A stretch of 64,000 bases of DNA from an uncultured Verrucomicrobiae bacterium (lineage in GTDB: Bacteria; Verrucomicrobiota; Verrucomicrobiia; Limisphaerales; Palsa-1400). Position 1 is the first letter of the stretch; each line of letters opens with the position of its first letter. Where the stretch lies: assembly GCA_963702845.1 (NCBI GenBank), contig OY969763.1, forward strand, positions 224,001 to 288,000. The letters run 5' to 3'. A model generated the notes under the pieces. The model saw only the letters and a program-made list of their open reading frames with translations, ran no database searches and had not been told where the DNA came from. Shown here piece by piece: positions 21,506 through 32,251 of this stretch. A program made the translations under genes and the position numbers.

Positions 21506-22822
21506 ATGGCTTATAAAGATATTACCCCGCCTGTCGGCTCGAAAATCACGATTGCGAATGGAAAATTAACTGTGCCGGAGAATCCGATTTTGCCGTTCAT
21601 TCGCGGCGACGGCACGGGGTCGGATATTTGGGCGGCGAGTGTGCGCGTGTTTGATGCGGCGGTCGAGAAGGCTTACGGCGGCAAGCGCAAGGTGAGTTGG
21701 TTTGAGGTGTTCGCGGGTGAGGAATCGTTCAAGCGGTTTAATAATTGGTTGCCGGACGATACCGTTGAGGCGTTTAAGGATTATCTCGTCGGAATCAAGG
21801 GCCCGCTGACCACGCCGATTGGTGGCGGTATTCGTTCGCTGAATGTGGCGTTGCGACAGATGCTGGATCTCTACGTTTGTTTGCGGCCGGTGCAATATTT
21901 CCAAGGCGTGCCGTCGCCGGTGAAACATCCGGAGAAGGTCGATATGACGATTTTCCGTGAGAACACGGAAGATATTTATGCGGGGATCGAATTCGCCGCT
22001 GGTTCTCCTGAAGCGCAGAAGGTGCTCGACTTTTTTGCGAAGGAATTTCCGAAGCAGTTCGACAAGATTCGTTTCGGCACGAAGGAAAAAGCGGAGAAGT
22101 TTTGGGCGGCAGTTGGTGATAAGAATTTTCCGTCGGACGTGAAGGTCGGCGTTGGTTTGAAGCCGATCAGCTATAGCGGCGCGGTGCGTTTGATCCACAG
22201 CGCGATTGGTTACGCGATTAAATTTAATCGCAAGAGCGTCACGCTGGTACACAAGGGGAACATCATGAAGTTTACGGAAGGCGGCTTCCGCGATTGGGGT
22301 TATGAGACAGCCAAGAAATATTTTGGTGCGGTGGAAATCGACGGCGGACCATGGTGCAGGATTCCAGAAGGCAAACCGGGGGCCGGTCTTGTCATCAAAG
22401 ACGCGATTGCGGACATCACGTTGCAGCAGGTGCTGACGCGTCCGGAGGAATTCGACGTCATCGCGACCCCGAATTTGAATGGTGATTATCTTTCTGACGC
22501 GCTAGCTGCGCAAGTTGGCGGCATCGGCATCGCGCCGGGGGGAAACATCAATTACATCACCGGCCACGCGATTTTTGAAGCGACGCACGGCACTGCGCCG
22601 AAGTATGCGAATCAGGACCGCGTTAACCCCGGCAGCGTGGTGTTGAGCGGCGAGATGATGTTCCGATACCTGGGTTGGGTGGAGGTTGCGGATTTGATTT
22701 TGAAAGGCCTGAACGGCGCGATTGGTTCGAAGAAGGTGACCTACGATTTCGCGCGGCAGATGCAGGGCGCGACGGAAATCAAGTGCTCGCAGTTTGGCGA
22801 TAATATTATCGCACACATGTGA
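21506..22822 (+). CDS. icd: NADP-dependent isocitrate dehydrogenase
   Basis: [61 protein letters not shown]. Confidence 0.97.
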   Translation: MAYKDITPPVGSKITIANGKLTVPENPILPFIRGDGTGSDIWAASVRVFDAAVEKAYGGKRKVSWFEVFAGEESFKRFNNWLPDDTVEAFKDYLVGIKGPLTTPIGGGIRSLNVALRQMLDLYVCLRPVQYFQGVPSPVKHPEKVDMTIFRENTEDIYAGIEFAAGSPEAQKVLDFFAKEFPKQFDKIRFGTKEKAEKFWAAVGDKNFPSDVKVGVGLKPISYSGAVRLIHSAIGYAIKFNRKSVTLVHKGNIMKFTEGGFRDWGYETAKKYFGAVEIDGGPWCRIPEGKPGAGLVIKDAIADITLQQVLTRPEEFDVIATPNLNGDYLSDALAAQVGGIGIAPGGNINYITGHAIFEATHGTAPKYANQDRVNPGSVVLSGEMMFRYLGWVEVADLILKGLNGAIGSKKVTYDFARQMQGATEIKCSQFGDNIIAHM

Positions 22823-23628
22823 TGAACCTTTTCGATTTACACGGGGACGTGGCAGTGGTGATCGGCGCGACGGGTAGTCTCGGGGGCGCGATTGCCGAAG
22901 GGCTCGCGTCGGCTGGGGCGAAGGTGGCGGTGCTCGGACGCAATGCGGAGAAAGGGCAGGCATGCGTCGCGCGGATTCATAAGGCCAAAGGTGATGCGGC
23001 GTTTTTTGCCGCGGATGCATTGTCGCGTGAGTCGTTGCAGGAGGCGCATGAGCAAATTACCAAGGCGATGGGATCGCCGACGGTTCTCGTGAATGCTGCC
23101 GGTGGCAACGATCCGAAGGTGACGGTGAACGCGGACATGAAGTTTGAGAGTATCTCGCTTAAGGATTGGCAGCACAATTTTGATTTGAACCTCGTTGGCG
23201 GCGTTTTGTTGCCGTGCCAGGTGTTTGGGCCGGGGATGGTGGCGCGTGGCAAGGGGAGCATTATTAATATCGCCAGCATTTCTGCGCACATTCCGCTGTC
23301 ACGGGTGGTGGCTTATTCGGCTTCGAAGGCGGCGGTGATTAGTTTGACGCAGTTTCTCGCGCGAGAGTGGGCGCAAAAAGGTGTACGAGTGAATTCGCTC
23401 ACGCCGGGTTTCTTTCCTGCGGAGCAAAACAAAAAATTGTTGTTCAATGAAGACGGCACGCCGACGCCACGTGCGCAGTCGATTTTAACGCACACGCCGA
23501 TGGGACGGTTGGGTGAAAAGAACGAGTTGATCGGCGCGGCCATTTTCCTGGCGAGCGCGAAAGCGAGCGGGTTTGTGACTGGCTCCGATATCCGCGTCGA
23601 TGGTGGCTTTCTGGCCCAAACCATCTAA
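22822..23628 (+). CDS. SDR oxidoreductase, D-mannonate (fructuronate) oxidoreductase-like
   Basis: GATGSLG, LVNAAGGN, PLSRVVAYSASK, PGFFPAEQN..LL, HTPMGR; start overlaps the icd stop. Confidence 0.75.
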   Translation: MNLFDLHGDVAVVIGATGSLGGAIAEGLASAGAKVAVLGRNAEKGQACVARIHKAKGDAAFFAADALSRESLQEAHEQITKAMGSPTVLVNAAGGNDPKVTVNADMKFESISLKDWQHNFDLNLVGGVLLPCQVFGPGMVARGKGSIINIASISAHIPLSRVVAYSASKAAVISLTQFLAREWAQKGVRVNSLTPGFFPAEQNKKLLFNEDGTPTPRAQSILTHTPMGRLGEKNELIGAAIFLASAKASGFVTGSDIRVDGGFLAQTI

Positions 23629-23637
23629 AATAGTCCG

Positions 23638-24921
23638 ATGGATAAGCCGCTGAGTTACGTCGCCAAGTCCGGCCAGCAAATCACCGTCGCGCAAGTAAAC
23701 GACGTTGTTTCACGGGCATGCCCGGCCGCGAATTATCGGGGCAAGAAGGTGCTCGTGATCGTTCCGGATGCGACGCGGACGGCGCCGATTGGGACGGTTT
23801 TCAAAGCGCTCCATCAGCAACTTGGCGACGTCACGAAATCTCTGGATGTGATCATCGCGCTGGGGACGCATCAACCGATGCCTGAGGCAGCAATCTGCAA
23901 GCGCCTGGAAATGTCGGAAGAAGATCGGCGTACGGCTTTTCGGCGGGTGAAATTTTTCAATCATGCGTGGAATAATCCTGCGGCGTTGAAAAACATCGGG
24001 AGCATTCCAGCGGACGAAATTAGCAAATTGTCGAACGGGCTTTTTGCGATGGATGTGCCGGTGGAAATTAACCGGCTTATTTTCGAATACGACCAGTTGA
24101 TTGTTATTGGGCCAGTGTTTCCGCATGAAGTTGTCGGGTTTTCAGGCGGTAACAAATATCTCTTTCCAGGAATCAGCGGGCCGCAGATTTTAAATTTCTT
24201 CCATTGGCTTGGCGCGGTGGTCACCAACCCGATGATCATCGGCAACAAGTGGACGCCGGTGCGCGCGGTTGTTGATCGCGCGGCTTCGATGGTCAATGTT
24301 AGCAAGCTTTGCTTCTGTCTGGTGATTGATGGCCACGATTTCTCGGGAATTTTTGCAGGGCCGCCCGAAGCGGCGTGGGATCAGGCGAGCGATTTGTCCG
24401 ATAAGCTCAACATCACGTATAAGGACAAACCGTTTCACACGATTTTGTCCTGTGCGCCGGAGATGTATGACGAGGTTTGGACGGCGGGCAAGTGCATGTA
24501 CAAGCTTGAGCCGGTGCTGGCCGATGGCGGAGAGCTGATCATTTACGCGCCGCACGTGTCGGAAGTTTGCGTGACACATAAGGCGACGATCGAAACGGTG
24601 GGCTATCATTGTCGCGATTATTTTCTCCGGCAATGGGACAAATTTAAGAATTATCCGTGGGGCGTGTTGGCGCACAGTTGCCATGTCTATGGTTGCGGCA
24701 CATACGAGAACGGAATCGAAACACCGCGCGCACGCGTGACACTCGCGACGCAAATCCCGCCGAAAATGTGCAAGCAAATCAATTTGGGTTATCGCGATCC
24801 GAAGACGATTCGCATTGAGGATTACGCCAACCGCGAACACGAAGGTGTGTTGCTCGTGCCGAAAGCTGGCGAGGAACTTTTCCGCCTGAAGAATCCGCCA
24901 AAATGGGCCGGCGGAAAATAA
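23638..24921 (+). CDS. LarA-family (nickel-pincer nucleotide) 2-hydroxyacid racemase/epimerase
   Basis: PDATR, IALGTHQPM, PHEVVGFSGGNK, WTAGK, DGGELIIYAP. Confidence 0.85.
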   Translation: MDKPLSYVAKSGQQITVAQVNDVVSRACPAANYRGKKVLVIVPDATRTAPIGTVFKALHQQLGDVTKSLDVIIALGTHQPMPEAAICKRLEMSEEDRRTAFRRVKFFNHAWNNPAALKNIGSIPADEISKLSNGLFAMDVPVEINRLIFEYDQLIVIGPVFPHEVVGFSGGNKYLFPGISGPQILNFFHWLGAVVTNPMIIGNKWTPVRAVVDRAASMVNVSKLCFCLVIDGHDFSGIFAGPPEAAWDQASDLSDKLNITYKDKPFHTILSCAPEMYDEVWTAGKCMYKLEPVLADGGELIIYAPHVSEVCVTHKATIETVGYHCRDYFLRQWDKFKNYPWGVLAHSCHVYGCGTYENGIETPRARVTLATQIPPKMCKQINLGYRDPKTIRIEDYANREHEGVLLVPKAGEELFRLKNPPKWAGGK

Positions 24922-24922
24922 A

Positions 24923-26509
24923 TTATTGCTCTGTCACTTTGTAGTAACGCTGCGCTGAATTTGTCCACACGTCCTGCAACAGGACGGAGCCGTTGGTCAA
25001 CGTCAGTGCGTTTGTCAATTGAATCCAATCAACCATGTTTGAGCTCGCGGATACCGTGAACGTCGCCAGGTCGTTTGTTGTCAGGATCGCTCCACCATCC
25101 GCGTCGCTGAACAGTAGCCCGAGCGTGCCGTTGTTTTGAACCGAAGGCGGAGTTAGCCGCGGCGGAATCAGCACACGAATGAGGGCATTGCTACTTTGCA
25201 CCGTTGCCATCGCATTAGAGATCGCGACGGAATACATTCCCGAATCGACGCGCGCTGCATTCGGCAAAACCAAAGTCGGACCCGTCGCACCGGGTTTGTT
25301 AGTTCCGTTCTCTTTCCATTGATAGGTCAACCCACCCGGAGCCGTTGACGCAACGCCTACGTTTAACGTGACGTTCGTTGGACCGATAACAATTTGACTC
25401 TGCGGTTGGTTCACGATCGTTGGCAGAATGCTGTAGACGTGCACCCCGTAACCTGCTGCATAACCGAGCGTAGGGCTGACGAATCGAATGCGATTCATGA
25501 AAGTGGTGACATTGTACCCCGCACCGGACCATGTCGCACCGCCGTCAGTGGTGTGCAAAAAGTTGAAAGGAGCAGCCGTCGACGCGCCCCCAATCCAGCC
25601 CTCATTGGTCGAAACGAAACCAATGGCCTGCAGGTAAAACGATGAGAGCCCCAGCGCGCTAAAGGGAATACCGTTGGATACCCATGTGTTTCCGCCATCA
25701 ATGGTTTTGTAAAAAATGATTGGGTCTTCGTTTACGTTTTTCTGCAACGAACAGTAACCGATGTTCGTGCTCGGCCAGGTCATTTTCCAGAAATAACATT
25801 GCGTGATCGAAGTTGTTACCTGCGGTGTCCATGTTTGACCGCCATCAGTGGTTTTCGAAATGCGCCCGTGATAAACACCGCTCGCATATGTGTTTGTGTC
25901 CATGCCGACAACCCAACCGGTATTCGTATCGCGGAAGTAAACGTCCATGATACCGTTCTGGACACCTTGCGCAGTGAGATTTACGGTTGTCCAGTTCGTG
26001 CCGCCGTCTTCGCTCTTCGCAAAAAATGCCGGGCCGCGCACTCGTCCACCTCCGTAAATGTGTTGCGAGTCCAAAACATTCATCGCGCAAAAACCTTTCA
26101 TGCCGGCTTCGGCGAGACCTGAAACAGGCGCCCACGATTGGCCGCCGTTGAACGTGCGATAGAGAACGTTGGTGTCGGTCACGCCGCCGTCGTACGAGCC
26201 GGGGCCGAGGTTTCCGCAAAAACCAACGTTCGAACTCAGGAACGTGACGGAGCGGAAGTGCGCGCCAACTTTGGTGAAGTTGGTCGTCCATGTTATGCCG
26301 CCATTGGTCGTGTGATAAATATTAGCGTTTTGCGAAACCCAGCCGTTCTGTGCGTCGATGAACTGGACGTCGTCGTGACGCGGTCCGCTAGTGCCGCCGG
26401 GGACGACGGGTAGCTGCCGCCAGACCGGTGCGGGATCGGCGAGTGACGATAAGACGGAAACTAGAGCGAATATGGCGAAAGATGTTCGCAGGCCGATAGC
26501 GAGTTTCAT
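24923..26509 (-). CDS. Secreted YCF48/BNR beta-propeller protein with Ig domain
   Basis: Repeated TxDGGxTW motifs; QPQSQ...YQW...DSGMYSV Ig domain; C-terminus RYYKV. Confidence 0.85.
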   Translation of the reverse strand: MKLAIGLRTSFAIFALVSVLSSLADPAPVWRQLPVVPGGTSGPRHDDVQFIDAQNGWVSQNANIYHTTNGGITWTTNFTKVGAHFRSVTFLSSNVGFCGNLGPGSYDGGVTDTNVLYRTFNGGQSWAPVSGLAEAGMKGFCAMNVLDSQHIYGGGRVRGPAFFAKSEDGGTNWTTVNLTAQGVQNGIMDVYFRDTNTGWVVGMDTNTYASGVYHGRISKTTDGGQTWTPQVTTSITQCYFWKMTWPSTNIGYCSLQKNVNEDPIIFYKTIDGGNTWVSNGIPFSALGLSSFYLQAIGFVSTNEGWIGGASTAAPFNFLHTTDGGATWSGAGYNVTTFMNRIRFVSPTLGYAAGYGVHVYSILPTIVNQPQSQIVIGPTNVTLNVGVASTAPGGLTYQWKENGTNKPGATGPTLVLPNAARVDSGMYSVAISNAMATVQSSNALIRVLIPPRLTPPSVQNNGTLGLLFSDADGGAILTTNDLATFTVSASSNMVDWIQLTNALTLTNGSVLLQDVWTNSAQRYYKVTEQ

Positions 26510-26763
26510 AAAGGCAGCAAGCTATAGTGACATCTCGACAGGGTTACGGCGAGATTATTTCAGAGTTGAATGGCATACACTGAACTCGGAATTACAAATG
26601 GAAGCGTTTCGCAAGTTGTGCTCATTAACAAAAACGATGTCTAAAACAGTTTCCCCTTGTAAGACGGGCGCGCGCGAATTAAATTCAGACGTGGCCGATA
26701 CAACAGCGTTTGCAAATCTGCACTACATAACGCGAGTCCACTTTGGGGAGAGCCGGACGCAAA

Positions 26764-27525
26764 ATGATTGAATTGATCCAAGTTCCCTGGAGCCCGTTCT
26801 GCCTGGTGCAGAAGCGCATTTTGGAATATGGCGGTGTTCCTTTCAAAACGGTTAGCATTCCCAATCACGATCGTGCGCTCGTTTGGAAATTGACGCGCGA
26901 GCGGTATTACGGAGTGCCGATTATCCGCGACGGGAAAACCGTTGTTTTCGAGACCGATGACGATTCGCAAATCATCGCGAAGTATCTGGACGGAAAATTT
27001 GAATTAGGCCTATTCCCGCATTATTGGACCGGAACAGAAACAATTCTCTGGCATTACATTGAGAACGAGATCGAAGGCGTTTGCTTCAAGTTAAACGACG
27101 TGTTCTGGAAAGAATTTGTCCCGAAATCCGATCAACTTGGATTTCTCCGCCACAAAGAACGCAAATTCGGCCGCGGTTGCATTAACCAATGGCGCGCTCA
27201 AATGCCGCAATTGCGCCAACAGCTCGAGCATCTTCTTTCACCCTTTGAAGTGATGCTCGAAGACCGGCCATATTTGCTCGATCAATCGCCGCACTTCGTC
27301 GACTTCGATCTTTACGGGATGCTGGCGAATTTACTGTACAGCGGACATCACAAGCTGCCCGCCATTCACACGCGCTTGAACGAGTGGTTCCCGCGCATAG
27401 CTAAACTGAAAATTTCGCAGGACCGGGCCAGCGCTGACCTGCGAAGGTCAAATCCAAATCAACTCAGTGAAAAATTACATTCTCGACACAAACGTCCTGC
27501 TGCACGACCCAAACTGCCTCACTAA
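26764..27525 (+). CDS. Glutathione S-transferase family protein
   Basis: WSPFC, VPII.DG, DSQIIAKYLD, YLL...PHFVDFDLYG. Confidence 0.75.
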   Translation: MIELIQVPWSPFCLVQKRILEYGGVPFKTVSIPNHDRALVWKLTRERYYGVPIIRDGKTVVFETDDDSQIIAKYLDGKFELGLFPHYWTGTETILWHYIENEIEGVCFKLNDVFWKEFVPKSDQLGFLRHKERKFGRGCINQWRAQMPQLRQQLEHLLSPFEVMLEDRPYLLDQSPHFVDFDLYGMLANLLYSGHHKLPAIHTRLNEWFPRIAKLKISQDRASADLRRSNPNQLSEKLHSRHKRPAARPKLPH

Positions 27526-28777
27526 ATTCGAGGATAATTGCGTTCTTATCCCGATTCAGGTCATTGAGGAAATCGACCGCTTCAAAAGGGAATCATCGGA
27601 ACTTGGCCAGAATGCGCGAAGCGTGTCGCGAGCGTTAGACGGGCTACGCACGAGCGGTAGCTTGAGCAAAGGAGTGAAACTGGAGACCGGCGGCAAACTT
27701 CGCATTATTTTTCCCCAGGCCCAGAACGGTGAGACGAAAACGATGTTCGGCAACAAGACCGTCGATAGTCAAATTGTTGCCGTCGCAAAGGAAGTTCAGG
27801 AGGCCGAGCCGAAGAATAAGGTGATTCTGGTCACCAAAGACATCAACCTGCGCATCAAGGCCGACGCCGTTGGTTTGCAAGCGGAAGATTACGAAAACGA
27901 CCGCGTTTTTCTGCACGATCTCTACACTGGTATGCTCGAACTGCAGGTGCCGCCAGAGAAGATCGCGAAGTTTCGTACGGAAGGCGAATTGGACCTGAAT
28001 GGATACGGAAAATATTTTCCGAACGAATATTGCTCGCTCATTGATCAGACGAATCCGAAGCGCACTGCGCTCACCAAAGTTGATCCGACTGGGACGCGAT
28101 TGATTCCGATCCTCGACGTCCGCGAAGGCATCTGGGGTATTAAGCCGCGCAATCGCGAACAACATTTTGCCTTTGATGCGTTGCTCGACGACCGCATCAA
28201 GTTAGTCACATTGATGGGCAAAGCCGGCACCGGCAAAACTTTGATGGCCATGGCGGCTGGTTTGAAGCGCACTGTGTTGGATCGGGAATTCCGGCGGCTG
28301 GTTGTGGCGCGTCCAACTATTTCGATGGGTAAAGAACTGGGCTTCTTGCCCGGCTCCCTGGAAGAAAAGCTCAGCCCATGGATGCAGCCAATTCACGACG
28401 CGTTGGAACTTTTGAGCGACTTGAATATGGGCAGTGATCATCGCCGCAGCGCTGACTTGATGCGCTCCGGCACAATTGTTGTCGAAGCGCTCAGTTACAT
28501 TCGTGGGCGTAGTATTGCCAATCAGTTTATGGTGATCGACGAGGCGCAGAACCTCACGCCTCTGGAAGTGAAGACCATTATCACGCGCGTAGGGCAGGGG
28601 ACAAAAGTCGTGTTCACGGGCGACCCGTATCAGATTGATAACCCTTACGTCGATTCGTCGTCGAACGGTTTCAACTACATCATCAGCAAATTCCGCGAAC
28701 AAGCCATTGCCGCGCATATAGAATTGCAGAAGGGCGAGCGTTCGGAGTTGGCGGAGCTGGCGGCGAATATTTTGTAA
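27467..28777 (+). CDS. PhoH2/YlaK-type PIN domain-PhoH ATPase
   Basis: YILDTNVLLHD PIN motif; GKAGTGKT, GFLPG, YIRGRS, DEAQN, TGDPYQID. Confidence 0.93.
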   Translation: MKNYILDTNVLLHDPNCLTKFEDNCVLIPIQVIEEIDRFKRESSELGQNARSVSRALDGLRTSGSLSKGVKLETGGKLRIIFPQAQNGETKTMFGNKTVDSQIVAVAKEVQEAEPKNKVILVTKDINLRIKADAVGLQAEDYENDRVFLHDLYTGMLELQVPPEKIAKFRTEGELDLNGYGKYFPNEYCSLIDQTNPKRTALTKVDPTGTRLIPILDVREGIWGIKPRNREQHFAFDALLDDRIKLVTLMGKAGTGKTLMAMAAGLKRTVLDREFRRLVVARPTISMGKELGFLPGSLEEKLSPWMQPIHDALELLSDLNMGSDHRRSADLMRSGTIVVEALSYIRGRSIANQFMVIDEAQNLTPLEVKTIITRVGQGTKVVFTGDPYQIDNPYVDSSSNGFNYIISKFREQAIAAHIELQKGERSELAELAANIL

Positions 28778-28806
28778 ACTTCCGAACCGTAAGTTTTCGG
28801 GCTGTG

Positions 28807-28832
28807 GAGTGCGGACGATGGCGTCCGCACTC
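28807..28832. terminator. Perfect hairpin between convergent genes (terminator or REP)
   Basis: gagtgcggacg-atgg-cgtccgcactc. Confidence 0.55.
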
Positions 28833-28839
28833 GGAACTG

Positions 28840-29853
28840 CTACCCCTTTTTCTTCACGCGCTTCACCCATTCCTGGTTGCTCAAGTACCATTGAATCGTT
28901 TCACGGATTCCGGTTTCGAAGGTGTGGGCGGGCGTCCAGCCGAGTTCGCGTTGGATCTTGCTGGCGTCGATGGCGTAGCGTCGGTCGTGGCCGGGGCGAT
29001 CTTTGACGAAGGTGATTAGTTTGCGGGAGGTGCCACCAAGGTGCGGTGCGAACTCGTCCATCAAATCGCAGATCAACTCAACAATGCGGATGTTGGCCCA
29101 TTCGTTGTGGCCACCGATGTTGTAGGTCTCGCCTTCTTTGCCGTGCGTGAGCACTTGCCATAAGGCTTCGGCGTGGTCGCGAACATAAAGCCAGTCGCGC
29201 ACGTTCATGCCGTCGCCGTAAACTGGAATCGCTTTGCGCGTGCAGACACTTTCGATGATGACCGGAATTAGTTTTTCGGGAAATTGGTAAGGACCATAAT
29301 TATTCGAACAATTGGTCGTCACAACGGGCAAACCGTAGGTGTGGTGATAGGCGCGGACGAGCAAGTCGCTCGAGGCTTTGCTCGCCGAGTACGGCGAGTT
29401 CGGGGCATAAGGAGTTTCTTCAGTAAAGAAACCGGTCGCACCAAGGCTGCCGTAGACTTCGTCGGTTGAAACGTGATGGAAACGCTTGCCCTTAACGTTT
29501 TGCGCCCAGTGGCCGCGCACGGCTTCGAGCAAGTTGAATGTGCCGACGATGTTCGTGCTGATGAAATCGCCTGGGCCGGTGATGGAACGGTCCACGTGCG
29601 ATTCGGCCGCTAGATGCAGGACGTGGGTTATGTCGTGCTTTTTGACAACGTCGAGAACGGCTTGTTTTTCGCGCAGATCGACTTTTTCGAAAGCGTATTT
29701 TGAATTTTTGGCAACGCGTTCGAGGTTCTCAGGATGACCGGCGTAGGTGAGGCAGTCGAGGTTGACCAGGCGGGTGATTTCAGGACGTTCAATGACGTGG
29801 TGGATGAGATTCGAGCCGATGAAACCGGCGCCGCCTGTGACGAGCAAATTCAT
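28840..29853 (-). CDS. rfbB: dTDP-glucose 4,6-dehydratase
   Basis: [51 protein letters not shown]. Confidence 0.96.
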   Translation of the reverse strand: MNLLVTGGAGFIGSNLIHHVIERPEITRLVNLDCLTYAGHPENLERVAKNSKYAFEKVDLREKQAVLDVVKKHDITHVLHLAAESHVDRSITGPGDFISTNIVGTFNLLEAVRGHWAQNVKGKRFHHVSTDEVYGSLGATGFFTEETPYAPNSPYSASKASSDLLVRAYHHTYGLPVVTTNCSNNYGPYQFPEKLIPVIIESVCTRKAIPVYGDGMNVRDWLYVRDHAEALWQVLTHGKEGETYNIGGHNEWANIRIVELICDLMDEFAPHLGGTSRKLITFVKDRPGHDRRYAIDASKIQRELGWTPAHTFETGIRETIQWYLSNQEWVKRVKKKG

Positions 29854-29878
29854 AATTCAGAATTTTAAAATATAAAAC

Positions 29879-30829
29879 TTAAGGCGTTTGCACCCAGTTG
29901 GTGAGCGCTTCGTCGAGAGCTTCTTCGACAGGGCGCATCGTAACGCCGGCTTTCAAAAGTTTGGTGACATCCATGACGCAATTCGAGCGCGGGGTCTTTG
30001 CCGCTTGCGCATAGAACTCGGCGTCGTCGCTCCAGAATTTAAATGCCCGCGTCGGCTGCAAAATTCTTTGGATCATCGTCACGACTTGCGCGCTGGAAAC
30101 AAAGCCCGGATTTGTGACGTTGTAGATGCCGTAAGCAGCCTTGCGTTCCCAGGTGTCGAGGCAGGCGCGAACAAAATCGCCACGGTGCGACAACGAGTTC
30201 ACGTTGTTATAGACCTTCGGATAATACTGCAGCTTGCTTAAAAAATTGCGTGGGCTGTTGATGTGATCAAACGGGATGCGCAGGCGCCAGATGTAGTTTT
30301 CCGGCAGATCGCGCAACGCTTCTTCAGCCATTGCTTTTGTGCCGCTGTAAAAACTGCACGGCGGCTGACGAAAGGTAAAATTTGGTTCGTCCTCTTCTGT
30401 AAAGCCTTGGATGTATTGCGGGTTTTTGTCGATGACCTTGCGGACTTCGGGCGCGGTCAGATCGCGTTCGACACGGGTCTGTCCATTGATGACAATTTTT
30501 GCGCCGCTGTAAATGCAGCCGGAAGAAACGTGGCCGAAAGGAATGCTCAGACTCGCGCAAACATGCCCGACCATCGCCGGAAACAGCGTGTTGCCTTGTA
30601 ACGTGTCCGCACGATTTATTTCGCAGGCGTCGACGTTCGGTTTGCCGGTGAACCCTGCTGCGTTGATAAGGAAACTTGGTCTGGTCGCTTGAAGATACGT
30701 CCGAAGCGCCTGAAAATTGGTGTAATCAACTTGCTGGCGCGTGGGCGCTTGCACGGCCCAACCGCGTTTAGCAATCGCTTGCAAAAACGCTTGGCCGATA
30801 TAACCAGTGCTGCCTAAAAGAATAACCAT
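29879..30829 (-). CDS. NDP-4-keto-6-deoxyhexose reductase (RmlD / NRS-ER-like)
   Basis: GSTGYIG, NAAGFTGKPNVDACE, SSGCIY, SFYSGTK, LRIPF. Confidence 0.8.
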   Translation of the reverse strand: MVILLGSTGYIGQAFLQAIAKRGWAVQAPTRQQVDYTNFQALRTYLQATRPSFLINAAGFTGKPNVDACEINRADTLQGNTLFPAMVGHVCASLSIPFGHVSSGCIYSGAKIVINGQTRVERDLTAPEVRKVIDKNPQYIQGFTEEDEPNFTFRQPPCSFYSGTKAMAEEALRDLPENYIWRLRIPFDHINSPRNFLSKLQYYPKVYNNVNSLSHRGDFVRACLDTWERKAAYGIYNVTNPGFVSSAQVVTMIQRILQPTRAFKFWSDDAEFYAQAAKTPRSNCVMDVTKLLKAGVTMRPVEEALDEALTNWVQTP

Positions 30830-30868
30830 GCGAGAGCCGAGTATGACTGCTTTTTCAGCGTGAGACAA

Positions 30869-32251
30869 TCACGACGTTGTCTGCACTGCGGCGAGTTCGC
30901 GCCGGGTGAAAAATGTGATGCCGAGCACGGTAAAAATTCCACCCATCAAGAAAACAATCTGAGCAACGGCAGTCCCGAGTTGGAGCCAGGTGATGCTTCG
31001 GCCGGCACTCAATGAATCAATCGGCGAGAAGGCTTGGACCAGTTTGACTACCGTCACGATTTTCGAAAGAAGCCCGGCAACAGCATTGTCGAGAATGGTC
31101 GGTTGAGGTGCGCCGGAATGTTCGATGAAGGATGAGACCGGCGTGCGCGACTCCACTGCGGCGCTCATGGTGCCACTGGAAAAACCAACGACGAGAACAG
31201 CGAGCGAAAAAAACGCCGCCACCGGGAACGAAAGCAAGCTACCCGCCGCAAGCCCAATGGTGGCCAACAACGTTAACCAGCAAAAAATGATACTGAGCCC
31301 GCGCACAAAATTTATGCCGAACGAGCTTTCCGGATAAAGCACTTCGAGGCCGTCGTTAGCGTCGAAAAGCAAATCAACTCCATTAGAAGGAGGGTTGGCG
31401 ACGTCGATCGTCAACTTGCCATTGCTATCGATGAGGTTTGGGATGTTGAATTCCTGAAACGACTCAGGCGGAAGTATCTGGGTGATGCGTGTGGAACTGG
31501 GGGAATCCGGATCACCGATAACCCAGACAGTCGGGTACGTTTCGCCGTCATTGTAACGAGACGTGCGAAATCGAACGCGCAACTGCAGAGGCTTGTCCTG
31601 CACGAAATTCTTCAGCACACCCGTATCGATCGTCCAACGTTTCATGTATCCCGGAGGGACGATCTCGCTACCGGCCTTGATACGATCCAAAAACATTTTG
31701 CGCACTTCCGGAATTTGTTGTTCCGGAATGTTGTTCAGCTTGAGTGCCTCCTGGAGTGCATTGTTTGCTTCGGCCGCGTAGTCAGGCGCCGGTTGCTTGA
31801 ACGACGCGCGCGCAACGAAAATATCCTGACGTAATACTTTCTGTTGGTCAGCGGGCAAATGACTGGCGCGGTTTGTGAGTAGAAAGAAAACGGCGGCACC
31901 CGAAATCGCAAGGAGCACGGCATTTAAACCCAGAATACCAAGCCATTTGCCGACCCAGATTTGCCAGCGGCTGATCGGCTTCGTCGTCACCATTTGCATC
32001 TGGCACTCCTCGATGTCGCGCGCGAGTGAACCGCAGGCGATCCAAAGCGTGGCAAAGCCCAGAATCGCAGTGATCGCGCTGAGCGTGTAGGTGAGCAGGA
32101 TTTGGGTGAGGCCTTGGGCGGTGCCGTCATCTTTAATCAGTAGCGGCAGCCCGACAACGGCGGCAACGAGCAAACCAGAAAGCAACCAAAACAAACGGTA
32201 GCGAAATGCAGCTTTCCAGGTCAGCGCTGAAATGGTGAGGATGCGGTTCAC
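30869..32251 (-). CDS. ABC-2 type exporter permease
   Basis: Multi-TM; TKPISRWQIWVGKWLG; overlaps the ATPase stop. Confidence 0.8.
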   Translation of the reverse strand: MNRILTISALTWKAAFRYRLFWLLSGLLVAAVVGLPLLIKDDGTAQGLTQILLTYTLSAITAILGFATLWIACGSLARDIEECQMQMVTTKPISRWQIWVGKWLGILGLNAVLLAISGAAVFFLLTNRASHLPADQQKVLRQDIFVARASFKQPAPDYAAEANNALQEALKLNNIPEQQIPEVRKMFLDRIKAGSEIVPPGYMKRWTIDTGVLKNFVQDKPLQLRVRFRTSRYNDGETYPTVWVIGDPDSPSSTRITQILPPESFQEFNIPNLIDSNGKLTIDVANPPSNGVDLLFDANDGLEVLYPESSFGINFVRGLSIIFCWLTLLATIGLAAGSLLSFPVAAFFSLAVLVVGFSSGTMSAAVESRTPVSSFIEHSGAPQPTILDNAVAGLLSKIVTVVKLVQAFSPIDSLSAGRSITWLQLGTAVAQIVFLMGGIFTVLGITFFTRRELAAVQTTS

